Part shown: piece by piece, positions 1 through 10,073 of the stretch
Layout of the letters: each line of letters begins with the position of its first letter
Numbering within the stretch: the stretch's first letter is position 1
Notes under the pieces: generated by a model
Database searches by the model: none
Seen by the model: only the letters and a program-made list of their open reading frames with translations
What the model was told of the DNA's origin: nothing
Position numbers and translations under genes: made by a program
NCBI GenBank assembly: GCA_965242695.1
Contig: CBDESU010000001.1
Location: 1,952,001-2,016,000, forward strand
Source of the DNA: Cenarchaeum sp.
GTDB taxonomy: Archaea; Thermoproteota; Nitrososphaeria; Nitrososphaerales; Nitrosopumilaceae
DNA length: 64,000 nt
Direction: 5' to 3'

Positions 1-1850
1 CACTCTTGTTGGTACGTGCCGATATCATCCACAGGGTTTGTCCATGGTTGTGATGCCGATTTATCAAACAACGCATCAATGGATCTAGCTACAGGAGATG
101 GAACGGATTCAATTGTAAATGGTCCCGATATCCGGCTTTTTGTGTTATCAACATCAGGATTATCGTAGAGGATTTCCACATCTGGTTTCGAATCATTAGC
201 CAAAGATCGTAATGTGATGTGCGACGCCTCCTTGTATTTGAAGCCAAAACTAATTTGGCCATCTTGTGATACTTCCCCCCCCCCCCCCCCCCCCCCGTCT
301 ACCTCATGTGCCAGAACGTAGTAGTCATAAAAGGCAGTCATCAATCGCTTTCTTGCCACTGCGATAGCTATCCGCGATGTGTCACAAGTGATCCACCGTC
401 GACCCCACTTTTCAGCAACATATGCGGTAGTTCCAGAACCGCATGTGGGATCTAGCACAAGATCTCCTGGATCACTAGTCATCAATATGCACCTTTCAAT
501 AACTTTAGGGTTTGTGCGAACAACATATAATTTTTCGCTAACAAATCCCGGTATGCTTACATCGTCCCATACGTTATTCAGGGCCAGATAGGGAAAGTCT
601 GACAAATACCTGACGTAACACAGGGTATTCCCAGTCACAATGAGTCTCTTTTTCTTTGCCAAGTTATTCATGCCTTCCAAATTGGTCTTCCAACCTCCGG
701 ATCCCGGATAAAATTTTTTGTGATCATACTCAAATTCATAGGTAGTGCTTTTACTGGGAGTTTGCGATGTAAGATTATCAGCATTAAATACTTTAAGATT
801 TTTGTAGGTGTGTGGATCTTGTTTTTCGTAATTTGACAATCTTCTTCGGTTACCCTCACGATCTTCAACAAAATTATATACAGCTAAACCTCTTCCTTTT
901 ATTTTTTCTAAATACAGCTGTCTATATTTTACCTGTTTTTTGTTTTTGGCATACCAAATTATGTAGTCATTAACAGAATCTAACAGCCCAGCGCCTTTAG
1001 CCAATGTTTTACTGAAGACAATTATCCCGCAAAAATTTTTATTGCCAAAAACTTCATCCATTACTTCTCTAACATGGTGTAAATTTTCGTTGGAAATCTG
1101 TACGAACACACTTCCGTTATCTGTAAGTAATTTCTTAGCTAAGAATAATCGATCTCTCAAATATGACAAATATGAATGTACACCAAGCTCCCACGTATCT
1201 CGAAACGCCTTGATCATTTCTGGCTCTTGTGTTAGATCCTCATCTTTACCATCTTTAGCTGTTTTTTTACTGACAAATGGTTGAAAATTGGAACCATATT
1301 TGATCCCATATGGCGGATCTATGTATATAGTCTGCACATTGGCTTCCATGCCCTCTTTCTCAAGCAGTGAGTTCATAACCAAAAGAGAATCACCTGCAAT
1401 TAATCTGTTAGACCAATCTTGATCATGCCTATAAAAGTCGATCGCTTTTCGTAATGGTAGATTATTCTCGGGTTTTTCAAAATGAGGGAAAAGTATTTGT
1501 TGTGACATATGTTCTATTTTAAGTACTTTTTCAAAAATAGTAGCAGGGTCTATCCGCTCGTGAACATGAAGTGACACAGTGTCTACATCAAACTCGTGGT
1601 TTTTGCGTTTACCAGACCATGACAGGTAGGGGTCGATTCGGGGGTCATGAACGTACTTCTTACTCGGTTCATCAGGATCCGTCCCAGGTGTGACTAGACC
1701 CGCCGGCGGGTTGTTACGTCTTTTTTCTCCACCGTGAGTGTATTGTTCAACCGACTTGTCATGCTTGGTTTTAGCAGGCTGCCGACTCTTACTACTGGCG
1801 CGCTTGTTATTTGACGATGCGGTCGCATTTGTCCCTAGCCTGTCCAACAA
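1..1850 (-). CDS. Type III R-M Mod-like adenine DNA methyltransferase (3' end runs off the window)
   Basis: Hand translation of the minus frame gives YTHGGEKRRNNPPAGLVT..SLHVHERIDP, YIDPPYG (motif IV), DPTCGSGTT (motif I) and GRRWITCDTSRIA. Probable TTG start at 1850 or 1847. AT-rich. Absent from the ORF track, presumably because no stop falls inside the window. Confidence 0.85.
   Translation of the reverse strand, partial: MLDRLGTNATASSNNKRASSKSRQPAKTKHDKSVEQYTHGGEKRRNNPPAGLVTPGTDPDEPSKKYVHDPRIDPYLSWSGKRKNHEFDVDTVSLHVHERIDPATIFEKVLKIEHMSQQILFPHFEKPENNLPLRKAIDFYRHDQDWSNRLIAGDSLLVMNSLLEKEGMEANVQTIYIDPPYGIKYGSNFQPFVSKKTAKDGKDEDLTQEPEMIKAFRDTWELGVHSYLSYLRDRLFLAKKLLTDNGSVFVQISNENLHHVREVMDEVFGNKNFCGIIVFSKTLAKGAGLLDSVNDYIIWYAKNKKQVKYRQLYLEKIKGRGLAVYNFVEDREGNRRRLSNYEKQDPHTYKNLKVFNADNLTSQTPSKSTTYEFEYDHKKFYPGSGGWKTNLEGMNNLAKKKRLIVTGNTLCYVRYLSDFPYLALNNVWDDVSIPGFVSEKLYVVRTNPKVIERCILMTSDPGDLVLDPTCGSGTTAYVAEKWGRRWITCDTSRIAIAVARKRLMTAFYDYYVLAHEVDGGGGGGGEVSQDGQISFGFKYKEASHITLRSLANDSKPDVEILYDNPDVDNTKSRISGPFTIESVPSPVARSIDALFDKSASQPWTNPVDDIGTYQQE
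275..296. repeat. C22 homopolymer (G22 on the coding strand) inside the methyltransferase
   Basis: 22 consecutive C; reads in frame as V-D-G7-E-V. Confidence 0.9.
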
Positions 1851-2017
1851 AATCTGCGCTTTATGGCCTATTTATAAAGCATGGGAGAGGCCACCTCGGT
1901 TGTACACCCAACTTGTTCGAGGCACGCAGGATCGTATGATGCCACATTAATAAGTTCGTAGCGATCGTAGACAAAAGCGGTGTGTCTGACGGTACAGACA
2001 CCAACTGGCGGCCAGGC

Positions 2018-2482
2018 CTAGTACAGCCCAGCCGCCTCGTCCTTGAGGCTCTCGAGGTCGCCGTTGCCGCCGCCTCCCTGCGGCCCGCCCTTTGCCAGGT
2101 GCGTGTACAGGGCGTACTTTAGGACCTTTAGCGACAGCAGGGCGCACTTTATGCGCACGGCCTGGAGGTGCTCGAGGCCGAGCTCGCCGAGCACGTCGTC
2201 CTTTGAGATGGCGCGCGCCTCGTCGAGCGTCCTGCCCTTTGCCATCTCGGTGAGGACGGACGAGCATGCCATGCATATGGCGCAGCCCTTGCCGTGGAAC
2301 TTGATGTCCGACACGCGGCCGTCGGCGAACTTTAGGTCTATGTCGATGCTGTCGCCGCACAGCGGGTTCGAGTCGTGGTATGTCGCATCCGGCGCGTCGA
2401 TCTCGCCGTAGTTGAGGGGGTTGCGCGAGTAGTCTATGATCATCTCGTGGTATATGGCATCGCCGGCGCCCCCCGCGCCCAT
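2018..2482 (-). CDS. sufU: Fe-S cluster scaffold, SufU/IscU (NifU-N) family
   Basis: NPLCGD, GKGCAIC and RIKCALL motifs; lies downstream of sufS. Confidence 0.9.
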   Translation of the reverse strand: MGAGGAGDAIYHEMIIDYSRNPLNYGEIDAPDATYHDSNPLCGDSIDIDLKFADGRVSDIKFHGKGCAICMACSSVLTEMAKGRTLDEARAISKDDVLGELGLEHLQAVRIKCALLSLKVLKYALYTHLAKGGPQGGGGNGDLESLKDEAAGLY

Positions 2483-2486
2483 TCCG

Positions 2487-3875
2487 CTACCCAAGCTTGA
2501 ACAGCCTCGCTACCTTTTGAAGCGACCCGACGAGCGCATCTATGTCGGCTCGCGTGTTGTACACGTACACGCTTGCGCGGTTCGTCGCGGCCACGTCCAG
2601 CCGCTCCATGAGCACCTGCGCGCAGTGGTGCCCCGACCGTATCGCGATCCCCTCGTCGTCTATTATCTGGGCGACGTCGTGGGGGTGCACGTCAGCAAAG
2701 TTGAACGACACGACGCCGCCCCGCCTAGAGGCGTCGCGCGGGCCGTACACCCTCACGCCGGGCACGGCCGACATCCTCTCGAGCGCGTACTCGGTGAGGT
2801 CTTTTTCGTGGGCGCGCACGCTCTCCATGCCCAGGCCCGACAGGTAGTCGACGGCGGCCGCCAGGCCGATGACGTCGGCTATGCTCGGCGTGCCGGCCTC
2901 GAACTTGTATGGGAGGTCGTTCCACGTCGTCTCCTGCTTGTGTACCTCGCGGATCATGTCGCCGCCGCCCTGGAACGGCGCCATGGCGTCGAGCAGCCCG
3001 CGGCGGGCCCACAGCACGCCGATCCCCGTGGGCCCGAGCATCTTGTGGCCCGAAAAGGCGAAAAAGTCGCAGCCGAGCGAGGCAATGTCGACGGGCATGT
3101 GCGGGACTGCCTGCGCGCCGTCGACGAGCGTCAGGGCGCCGGCGGCGCGGCACATCGATATGATGCGCGGCGCGTCGCTTATCGTGCCGAGGACGTTCGA
3201 CATGAGGCTGAACGCGACGAGCCGCACGCGGCCGCCGGCGAGGAGCCGCTCGAGGTCGGACAGGACCAGCTCGCCGTCGTCGTCGACGCCGACGTACTCG
3301 AGGCGGGCGCCGGTCTCGCGCGCGAGCAGCTGCCACGGCACGATGTTGCTGTGGTGCTCGTACTCGGTCGTGACGATCACGTCGCCCTCGCGCACGTTGG
3401 CGCGCCCCCAAGAGTACGCCACAAGGTTTATCGCCTCGGTCGTGCCCCGCACGAACACGATCTCCTCGCGCGACGGCGCGCCGACGAACGATGCGATCCG
3501 GTCGCGCGCCGACTCGTACGCGGCCGTCGCCTCCTCGGCCAGCGCGTACACGGCCCTGTGTATGTTTGCGTTGTAGCCGCGGTAGTAGTCCGAGATCGCG
3601 CCGATTACGCTCTCCGGCTTCTGCGTCGTCGATGCGTTGTCCAGGTAGACGAGCGGCTTGCCGCCGCGGACCGTCCTCGAGAGTATCGGAAAGTCGCCGC
3701 GTATGTCCTCGGCGGTGCGGGGCCTCCGGCCGCTTCCGCCGCCGCCGCCGGCGCCGTCCCGCCCCGCCTCCGCCTCCGCCTCCGCCTGCATCTGCGCCGC
3801 GCCGGCGCCCCCGTGCGCCCGCGGGGCGGCGAGCTTGGCCGCAGAAGCCGCCACCGCGCCCGCATCCGCGCCCAT
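2487..3875 (-). CDS. sufS: Cysteine desulfurase, SufS family
   Basis: YLDNASTTQKP, EHHSNIVPW, SGHKMLGPTGIG, RSGHHCA; start uncertain. Confidence 0.95.
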   Translation of the reverse strand: MGADAGAVAASAAKLAAPRAHGGAGAAQMQAEAEAEAGRDGAGGGGGSGRRPRTAEDIRGDFPILSRTVRGGKPLVYLDNASTTQKPESVIGAISDYYRGYNANIHRAVYALAEEATAAYESARDRIASFVGAPSREEIVFVRGTTEAINLVAYSWGRANVREGDVIVTTEYEHHSNIVPWQLLARETGARLEYVGVDDDGELVLSDLERLLAGGRVRLVAFSLMSNVLGTISDAPRIISMCRAAGALTLVDGAQAVPHMPVDIASLGCDFFAFSGHKMLGPTGIGVLWARRGLLDAMAPFQGGGDMIREVHKQETTWNDLPYKFEAGTPSIADVIGLAAAVDYLSGLGMESVRAHEKDLTEYALERMSAVPGVRVYGPRDASRRGGVVSFNFADVHPHDVAQIIDDEGIAIRSGHHCAQVLMERLDVAATNRASVYVYNTRADIDALVGSLQKVARLFKLG

Positions 3876-3879
3876 CGGG

Positions 3880-4191
3880 TCACACCTCGACGTAGATGGC
3901 ATCGCCCTCGACCTTTACGGGGTACGTCGCCATCGGCTCGGTCGCAGGCGGGTTCTGCGGCTTGCCGGTCTTTGGATCGAACAGCGACAGGTGCACGGGG
4001 CACATGAGGCCGCCGGCGCGCACGTAGGCCTCGGACATGTCGGCGTCCTCGTGCGTGCACCTGTCGGACGAGGCGTACACGGTCCCCTGGAGCCGGACGA
4101 GCAGCACTCGCTTCCCGCCTGGCAGGGTCGCTATGTGTATGAGGCCCTCCCGCACGGTCCTGTCCCTGCACACCCTGGTCCACTCTCCCAT
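3880..4191 (-). CDS. Rieske-type [2Fe-2S] ferredoxin
   Basis: CTHE...CPVH Rieske motif; inside the suf cluster. Confidence 0.9.
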   Translation of the reverse strand: MGEWTRVCRDRTVREGLIHIATLPGGKRVLLVRLQGTVYASSDRCTHEDADMSEAYVRAGGLMCPVHLSLFDPKTGKPQNPPATEPMATYPVKVEGDAIYVEV

Positions 4192-4198
4192 CCCGCGC

Positions 4199-5710
4199 TC
4201 ACCTGTACTTGTAGTGCTGCTCGATCTCGGCATCCTCGTTGTACCTAGTCTCCTCGACCTCTATGAACCGGCGCAGCTCCTCGTCCGTGTTTATCGAGAG
4301 GGACCTGCCCTCCCACTTGGACTCGATCAGGTGGGCGATCCACGCGCGGACCTGGTACGACATGCGGCGCGAGAGGGGCTCGAGAAAGCCCTCTACTATG
4401 GTCCGCTCGGCCTCGCGGCGCGAGAGGCACCTGCTCTGCAGGTAGAATATCTGCTCCTCGTCGATCTGGGCGACCGACGCCGAGTGCGTCGCCTTTACGT
4501 CGTTGGTGAGTATCTCTAGGCCCGGGATGGCGTCGGACTTTGCGTCGGCGTCGAGCAGGATCGAGCGCCCCGACAGGTACGAGTTGGACTTTGACGCGCC
4601 CTCCATGATGCGGATCATCCCCTTGAAGAGCGACCGCGACGAGCCGCGCAGTATGGACTTTTCAATGATGCGCGCCTCGGTCGACGGGGCCTCGTGGTTG
4701 GCGTTGGACTGGAGGTCGAACGACTGCGCGCCGCTGCCGAACGCGACCTCCGAGTCGTTTGCAGACGCGCCGGCGCCGGCCAGGTGGTAGTCGGTGCGGT
4801 AGCGCGACAGGGACGAGCCGAACAGCCCCAGGTACCAGTTTACCTGCCCGTCTACCTCGACCTCGGTCCGGCGCGTCGAAAAGTTGACCGCATCCTCGCC
4901 GAGCATCTGCAGGGTCGTCGCACCCAGCCTGGCGCCGCGGCCCACGCGGGCGCCGAGGAGCTCGAGGTACGCAGGCTGCGCGCCGGCGCCCTGCCCGCCC
5001 TCCCCCGATGCGGCCCCCCGAGGCTGCGAGTAGAGCTCCTGCACGATCGTCGCGCTACTGTTCTCGCCGGCGATCACGACGTTGCGCGATATGGCGGACG
5101 AGAGCGATGCGGGGCCGGGGCCGCCGTCCCCCTCCTCGAGGCACGTGAGCATGTGTATTGGCCCGTCGATCGCGGCCCCGTCCGGCACCATCACGAACAT
5201 GCCCGAGCCGAACGCGGCGTTGTTCAGGGCCGTGAAGCGGTCCTCGTGCGGGTCGGATCTCAGGAGCGCATCGCGCACGGCGGCCGGATGCTCGCGGACG
5301 GCGTCGAGGACGGGCATGGCGACGAGGCCGGCATCGCGCGCCTGCTCGGACAGCGAAAAGGCCCCCGTGCGCGATCCCACCTGGACCGCGTACGTCTGCC
5401 CCTCCAGCTCGGCCACGCGGCGCTCGAGGACGGGCGGCATGCGCGCCGGCGCTCCGGCGCGCTCCGGCCCGCCGACCGGCACCCTGGAGGGATCCATGCG
5501 CGCCGCCTCCGTGTACTTGCCGTACAGGGGGGACGTCTCGATCGGGAGGCGCTCGTACGCGGACGCCGCGCTGCGGCGGTAGTCTGCTAGCCACGACGGC
5601 TCGCCGGCCAGGCTGGAAATGCGCTCGACGTACGCGGCGTCGATTTCGGCCAGCGTCTGCGCGCCGTCCCCGGCCCCGCGCCGCTCCTGCCCGGCCGCCT
5701 GCGCATCCAT
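4199..5710 (-). CDS. sufD: Fe-S assembly protein SufD
   Basis: IPGLEILTNDVKATHSASV, EQIFYLQSR; adjacent to sufB. Confidence 0.9.
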   Translation of the reverse strand: MDAQAAGQERRGAGDGAQTLAEIDAAYVERISSLAGEPSWLADYRRSAASAYERLPIETSPLYGKYTEAARMDPSRVPVGGPERAGAPARMPPVLERRVAELEGQTYAVQVGSRTGAFSLSEQARDAGLVAMPVLDAVREHPAAVRDALLRSDPHEDRFTALNNAAFGSGMFVMVPDGAAIDGPIHMLTCLEEGDGGPGPASLSSAISRNVVIAGENSSATIVQELYSQPRGAASGEGGQGAGAQPAYLELLGARVGRGARLGATTLQMLGEDAVNFSTRRTEVEVDGQVNWYLGLFGSSLSRYRTDYHLAGAGASANDSEVAFGSGAQSFDLQSNANHEAPSTEARIIEKSILRGSSRSLFKGMIRIMEGASKSNSYLSGRSILLDADAKSDAIPGLEILTNDVKATHSASVAQIDEEQIFYLQSRCLSRREAERTIVEGFLEPLSRRMSYQVRAWIAHLIESKWEGRSLSINTDEELRRFIEVEETRYNEDAEIEQHYKYR

Positions 5711-5738
5711 TGGAACCACGCCCGCTCCCGCCCGGCGA

Positions 5739-7145
5739 TCAGCCCACCGAGTCGTCCATCTCTAGCTTTATGAGGCGGTTGAGCTCTACGGCGTACTCCA
5801 TGGGCAGCTCCTTGGTGAACGGCTCCATGAACCCGTTGACGATCAGGCTCAGGGCGTCCTCCTCGCTGAAACCGCGCGTCATGAGGTAGAATATCTGCTC
5901 GTCGCCGATCTTGCCGACGGTCGCCTCGTGCGTAATGGTCGCATCCTCTTGGTTGATCTCCATGTACGGGTACGTGTCGGTCTTTGACGTGTCGTCGAGC
6001 AGCAGCGCATCGCATCGGACGGTCGACTTTACGCCGGTCGCCCCCTTTGCGACGTTGAGCAGGCCCCTGTACGTAGAGCGCCCGTCGAGGCGGCTGACCG
6101 ACTTTGAGGTGATCTTCGAGGTCGTGTCGGGCGCAAGGTGGACCATCTTTGCGCCCGTGTCCTGGTGCTGCCCCTTGCCGGCAAACGCGATCGACAGCGT
6201 CTCGCCGTACGCCCTCTCGCCGAGCAGGTACACGCCGGGGTACTTCATCGTGATGCGGCTGCCGATGTTTCCGTCGATCCACTCGACGGTCGCCCCCTCG
6301 TACGCGTACGCCCTCTTTGTGACCAGGTTGTACACGTCGTTGCTCCAGTTCTGGATCGTCGTGTACCGGAGCTTTGCATCCTTGTGGGCCACGAGCTCGA
6401 CGACGGCCGAGTGCAGCGACTCGGAAGAGTACACCGGGGCCGTGCAGCCCTCGATGTAGTGGACGCTCGCGCCCTCGTCGACGACGATGAGGGTGCGCTC
6501 AAACTGCCCAATGTTCTCGGCGTTGATCCTAAAGTACGCCTGTAGCGGCATGTCGACGGAGACGCCGGGCGGGACATAGATGAAGGATCCGCCGCTCCAC
6601 ACGGCGCTGTTGAGGGCGGCAAACTTGTTGTCCTCGGGCGGAATGACCTTGCCAAAGTGCTTGCGGAACAGCTCGGGCTGCTCCTTGAGGGCCGTGTCCG
6701 TATCCAGGAAGAGGACGCCCTGCTTTGCAAGGTCCTCGCGCAGGTTGTGGTAGACGACCTCGGACTCGTACTGCGCGCCGACGCCGGCAAGGAACTTTTT
6801 CTCGGCCTCTGGAATACCGAGCTTGTCGAACGTGCTCTTGACGTCGGCCGGCACGTCGTCCCAGCTCTTTTCGGTCTTTTCCGAGGCCTTTGCGTAGTAG
6901 TATATGTTCTGAAAGTCGATCGAGCTCAGGTCGGCGCCCCAGCCGGGCATCGGCTTCTTCATGAACGTCTCGTACGAGCGCAGCCTAAAGTCGAGCATCC
7001 ACTGCGGCTCTTCCTTCATGCGGCTGATCCCCTCGACGACCTCGCGCGAGAGGCCCTTCTTGCTGAGGTGGACGTACATGTCCGTAGAGTCCTTGAAGTC
7101 GTACTTTGAGTAGTCCATCTCGAGGTTCTCGGCGACCTGTGCCAT
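5739..7145 (-). CDS. sufB: Fe-S assembly protein SufB
   Basis: [38 protein letters not shown]. Confidence 0.97.
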   Translation of the reverse strand: MAQVAENLEMDYSKYDFKDSTDMYVHLSKKGLSREVVEGISRMKEEPQWMLDFRLRSYETFMKKPMPGWGADLSSIDFQNIYYYAKASEKTEKSWDDVPADVKSTFDKLGIPEAEKKFLAGVGAQYESEVVYHNLREDLAKQGVLFLDTDTALKEQPELFRKHFGKVIPPEDNKFAALNSAVWSGGSFIYVPPGVSVDMPLQAYFRINAENIGQFERTLIVVDEGASVHYIEGCTAPVYSSESLHSAVVELVAHKDAKLRYTTIQNWSNDVYNLVTKRAYAYEGATVEWIDGNIGSRITMKYPGVYLLGERAYGETLSIAFAGKGQHQDTGAKMVHLAPDTTSKITSKSVSRLDGRSTYRGLLNVAKGATGVKSTVRCDALLLDDTSKTDTYPYMEINQEDATITHEATVGKIGDEQIFYLMTRGFSEEDALSLIVNGFMEPFTKELPMEYAVELNRLIKLEMDDSVG

Positions 7146-7210
7146 GCCCGCGGCCCCCGATATTGGGTATAACAAGGCTCGCATTTTAAGGGCTAGCTAA
7201 CTAGGTTGAG

Positions 7211-8023
7211 CTAACGCAGTATGGCATCGAGCGCGCCGCGGACGGTTCCATCGGCCGGGACTAGGATAGTGGAATCGGCGGCGGCATCGGCTCCTAGCAG
7301 GGCGGCCAGTTCTCCCGACGTGAGTGGGCCGAGGGTGGCCACGCGCGCCCGCCCGAGCATCTCGGCGGTGCGGCCGCGGTCCAGGCCGCGCCGATCCATG
7401 GCCTCGAATATCGCCCGCGCCGACGACGGGCTGGTCACCACGATGCCTCGCAGCCGCCCGGCGGCAAGGGCCGAGTGCAGCTCGGCCCAGTGGGGGCCGT
7501 CGGGGGTCGTTCGCGCGTCGTACGTGAAGACCTCTGCCACGCGCATGCCGATCTTTTCGAGCAGGAGGCGCAGGAAGGGGCGCGATGCGGCGCTGCGCGG
7601 GATTATTGCTGTGCGGCCTGCCGCGCCGACCCTGGTGAGCGCCTCGCCTATGCCGACCGACGAGTAGCGGCCCGGCGGCGGCATGTGGGCCGTGCGGATG
7701 GACAGGGCCGAGAGGGCGTCGCGTGTGCGCGGCCCGACTGCGACGACGGCCGTGTTCATGACGGCCTCGCGCATCTCGGCGGTGCGCGAGGCGCGCTCGG
7801 CCGCGTCGAACAGGATAGAGACCGCCTTTGAGCTCAGGAAGATCGTATAGTCGGGGTCGTGATCGGATGCGGCGCGCAGGAATTCGTCGGCAAGGGCACC
7901 GGTGCGCGCGACAAGTTCGATCGCGGGCACGGCAAGCGAGGTCACGCCGGCCTCCCCTGCCATGCTGGCAAACTCGGCCGCGTCGGCGGGCGAGCGGGTT
8001 ATCGCCACGACGGGGCTGGTCAT
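7211..8023 (-). CDS. hemD: Uroporphyrinogen-III synthase
   Basis: VAITRS, AVGPRT, VTSPSS; last gene of the hem operon. Confidence 0.85.
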   Translation of the reverse strand: MTSPVVAITRSPADAAEFASMAGEAGVTSLAVPAIELVARTGALADEFLRAASDHDPDYTIFLSSKAVSILFDAAERASRTAEMREAVMNTAVVAVGPRTRDALSALSIRTAHMPPPGRYSSVGIGEALTRVGAAGRTAIIPRSAASRPFLRLLLEKIGMRVAEVFTYDARTTPDGPHWAELHSALAAGRLRGIVVTSPSSARAIFEAMDRRGLDRGRTAEMLGRARVATLGPLTSGELAALLGADAAADSTILVPADGTVRGALDAILR

Positions 8024-9087
8024 TGTGTTTTGGACCTCCTTGATGCGCGGCGGCGCGGGGCGGGATCGCCCTGACGCGACGGCGGGGCGCGGGGCGCAGT
8101 TTTGGCAGGCCGTCGGGTTTTTGCAGGCTTTGCGGGTTTGCGCGCAGTTGCGGGTTTGCGCGCCCTCATGAATTTTGTGGTCTTGCTCGCCTTGCCGGTC
8201 TTGCTCGCCTTGCCGGTCTTGCTCGCCTTGCCGGTCTTGCTCGCCTTGCCGGTCTTGCTCGCCTTGCCGGTCTTGCTCGCCTTGCCGGTCTTGCTTGTCT
8301 TGCCGGTTCTAGGCGGCCCCGCTACCGGCGCACTGTGCGCTCCCAGGGGCGGCAGGCCGGCGACTGCCCCGATGATGATGTTTGCGGGCGGGCGCATGCC
8401 GGCCGCCCTCACGGCATCGTCGATGTCCGATACAGTTCCGCGCACCGACCGGTGCCTGGGGGTGGTGCCATTCTCTACGACCGCCACCGGCGTCGACGGA
8501 TCGAGCCCGCCCAAGATCAGCTCGTCGCATATGAGACGCAGCCTTGACAGACCCATCATTACGACTATCGTGTCGACCGACCGGGCCAGCTGCCTCCACT
8601 CCACGGCGCCCCTCTTCTTGGACGGGTCCTCGTGGCCTGCGACGAACGCGACAGACGAGGACACGGCGCGGTGCGTGAGGGGTATGCCCTCGTACGCGGC
8701 CGAGCCGGCGCCCGAGGTGATGCCCGGGACAAACTCGCACTCGACGCCGTGCTGCGCGAGGAACTCGGCCTCTTCGCCGCCGCGGCCGAACATGGTCGGA
8801 TCGCCGCCCTTGAGCCGGACGACCGTGCCGACGCTGCCGGCAGAGGTGGCCGCCTCCAGCATCGCGCGGTTCGTCGCGTCCTGGTGCGTCGTGTCGTCGC
8901 CGACGGCCCTGCCGACATAGACGAGGCGCGCCGTGCGCGGGATCATTGCAAGCACGCCCCTGCCGACCAGCCTGTCGTACAGGACCACGTCGGCGCGGCG
9001 CAGCAGGTCGGCCGCCCCCACGGTGAGGAGGCGCTCATCGCCGGGTCCGGCCCCGACCAGGTAGACCTTTGCGGCAGGGGCCGGCAT
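8020..9087 (-). CDS. cobA: Uroporphyrinogen-III C-methyltransferase with a Lys-rich repeat tail
   Basis: LVGAGPGD, RLKGGDP..FGRGGEE, VPGITS, IPLTHR. Confidence 0.93.
   Translation of the reverse strand: MPAPAAKVYLVGAGPGDERLLTVGAADLLRRADVVLYDRLVGRGVLAMIPRTARLVYVGRAVGDDTTHQDATNRAMLEAATSAGSVGTVVRLKGGDPTMFGRGGEEAEFLAQHGVECEFVPGITSGAGSAAYEGIPLTHRAVSSSVAFVAGHEDPSKKRGAVEWRQLARSVDTIVVMMGLSRLRLICDELILGGLDPSTPVAVVENGTTPRHRSVRGTVSDIDDAVRAAGMRPPANIIIGAVAGLPPLGAHSAPVAGPPRTGKTSKTGKASKTGKASKTGKASKTGKASKTGKASKTGKASKTTKFMRARKPATARKPAKPAKTRRPAKTAPRAPPSRQGDPAPRRRASRRSKTQ
8179..8307. repeat. 18-bp tandem repeat (6 perfect units plus 1 variant) encoding (KTGKAS)n
   Basis: Unit ggtcttgctcgccttgcc repeated head-to-tail. 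Confidence 0.95.
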
Positions 9088-10073
9088 CACCTAGCCGCCC
9101 CCCTGTTCCACTCGTCTACCATGCCGCGCCAGCCGCGCGCCAGTCCCTCTACGCCCTGCCGGCGCAACGACTCGCCTGCCCGAAGCCCCACGCCGGCCGC
9201 ATCGCCGAGCGGGCCGGACTCGGCCGCATCGAGCCGCTCCGAGCCGTCGGCCGAGAATGCGGCAGCCCTGACGGACACGGTCTCGCGCCCGGCGCGCGCA
9301 AGCGCCCCGACAGGAAACCTGCACCCCGACCCGACGGACTCGGAGACGGCGCGCTCGGCGTCGGCCTCGGCGCGCGAGCCGGCATCCTCGACGGACGCAA
9401 GCAGCTCCAGCACCCTGCGGTCGCCGGCGCGCGCCACTACCGCCAGGGCGCCCTGGCCCGGCGAGGGGACGAACTCTTCGGGTGGGAGGTCGGTAGCGGC
9501 CACGTCCAGGCCGAGCCGGTCGATGCCGGCGCGCGCCAGCACGAGCGCGTCTAGGCCGCCGCTGCCGCCGCCGCCGCCATCCCCCGACATCAGCCTCCTC
9601 ACTCGCGTGCCGACGTTTCCGCGGACCGGCCGCACCCGCGCGTCCGGCCTGGCCCTGCGCACCATGACGGCCCGCCGCAGGCTGCTCGTCCCGACCGTCC
9701 CGCCCGCCGGCAGCGATGCGAGCCCGCCTTCCGCGCCCCCCCTTGCGACGAGCACGTCGCCGGGCGCGGCCCGCGCGGGGACGCATGCGATCTGCAGGCC
9801 GCCGGGCAGCTCGGTCGGCACGTCCTTTAGGCTGTGGACGGCAAAATCGACGCGCCCGCCGGCTACGGCCTCGTCGATCTCGCGCTCGAACACTCCCCTG
9901 CGGTCCACCTCGAAGAGCGGCAGGGCCGCGCCCTGCGAGCGGTCGCCGCTTGTCGCAATCGCCTCGACCGCGTACGAGGTGCCGGGCCAGGCGCGCTCGA
10001 GCGCGCCAGTCACCGCCCCTGCCTGCGCAAGCGACAGCGGGCTGCCGCGCGCGCCGACCGTGTAGCGGGTCAT
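9087..10073 (-). CDS. hemC: Porphobilinogen deaminase
   Basis: GARGSPLSLAQA, AVHSLKDVP, GTSSLRR, RGNVGTR; start MTRYTVG overlaps the hemL stop. Confidence 0.95.
   Translation of the reverse strand: MTRYTVGARGSPLSLAQAGAVTGALERAWPGTSYAVEAIATSGDRSQGAALPLFEVDRRGVFEREIDEAVAGGRVDFAVHSLKDVPTELPGGLQIACVPARAAPGDVLVARGGAEGGLASLPAGGTVGTSSLRRAVMVRRARPDARVRPVRGNVGTRVRRLMSGDGGGGGSGGLDALVLARAGIDRLGLDVAATDLPPEEFVPSPGQGALAVVARAGDRRVLELLASVEDAGSRAEADAERAVSESVGSGCRFPVGALARAGRETVSVRAAAFSADGSERLDAAESGPLGDAAGVGLRAGESLRRQGVEGLARGWRGMVDEWNRGAAR

Noticed and set aside
2018-7145. suf cluster without sufC
   Set aside because: sufC can be encoded elsewhere; absence from one window is not informative
8179-8307. Tandem repeat as a possible CRISPR array
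   Set aside because: No spacers and it is an in-frame coding VNTR; I saw no CRISPR array or cas genes in the window
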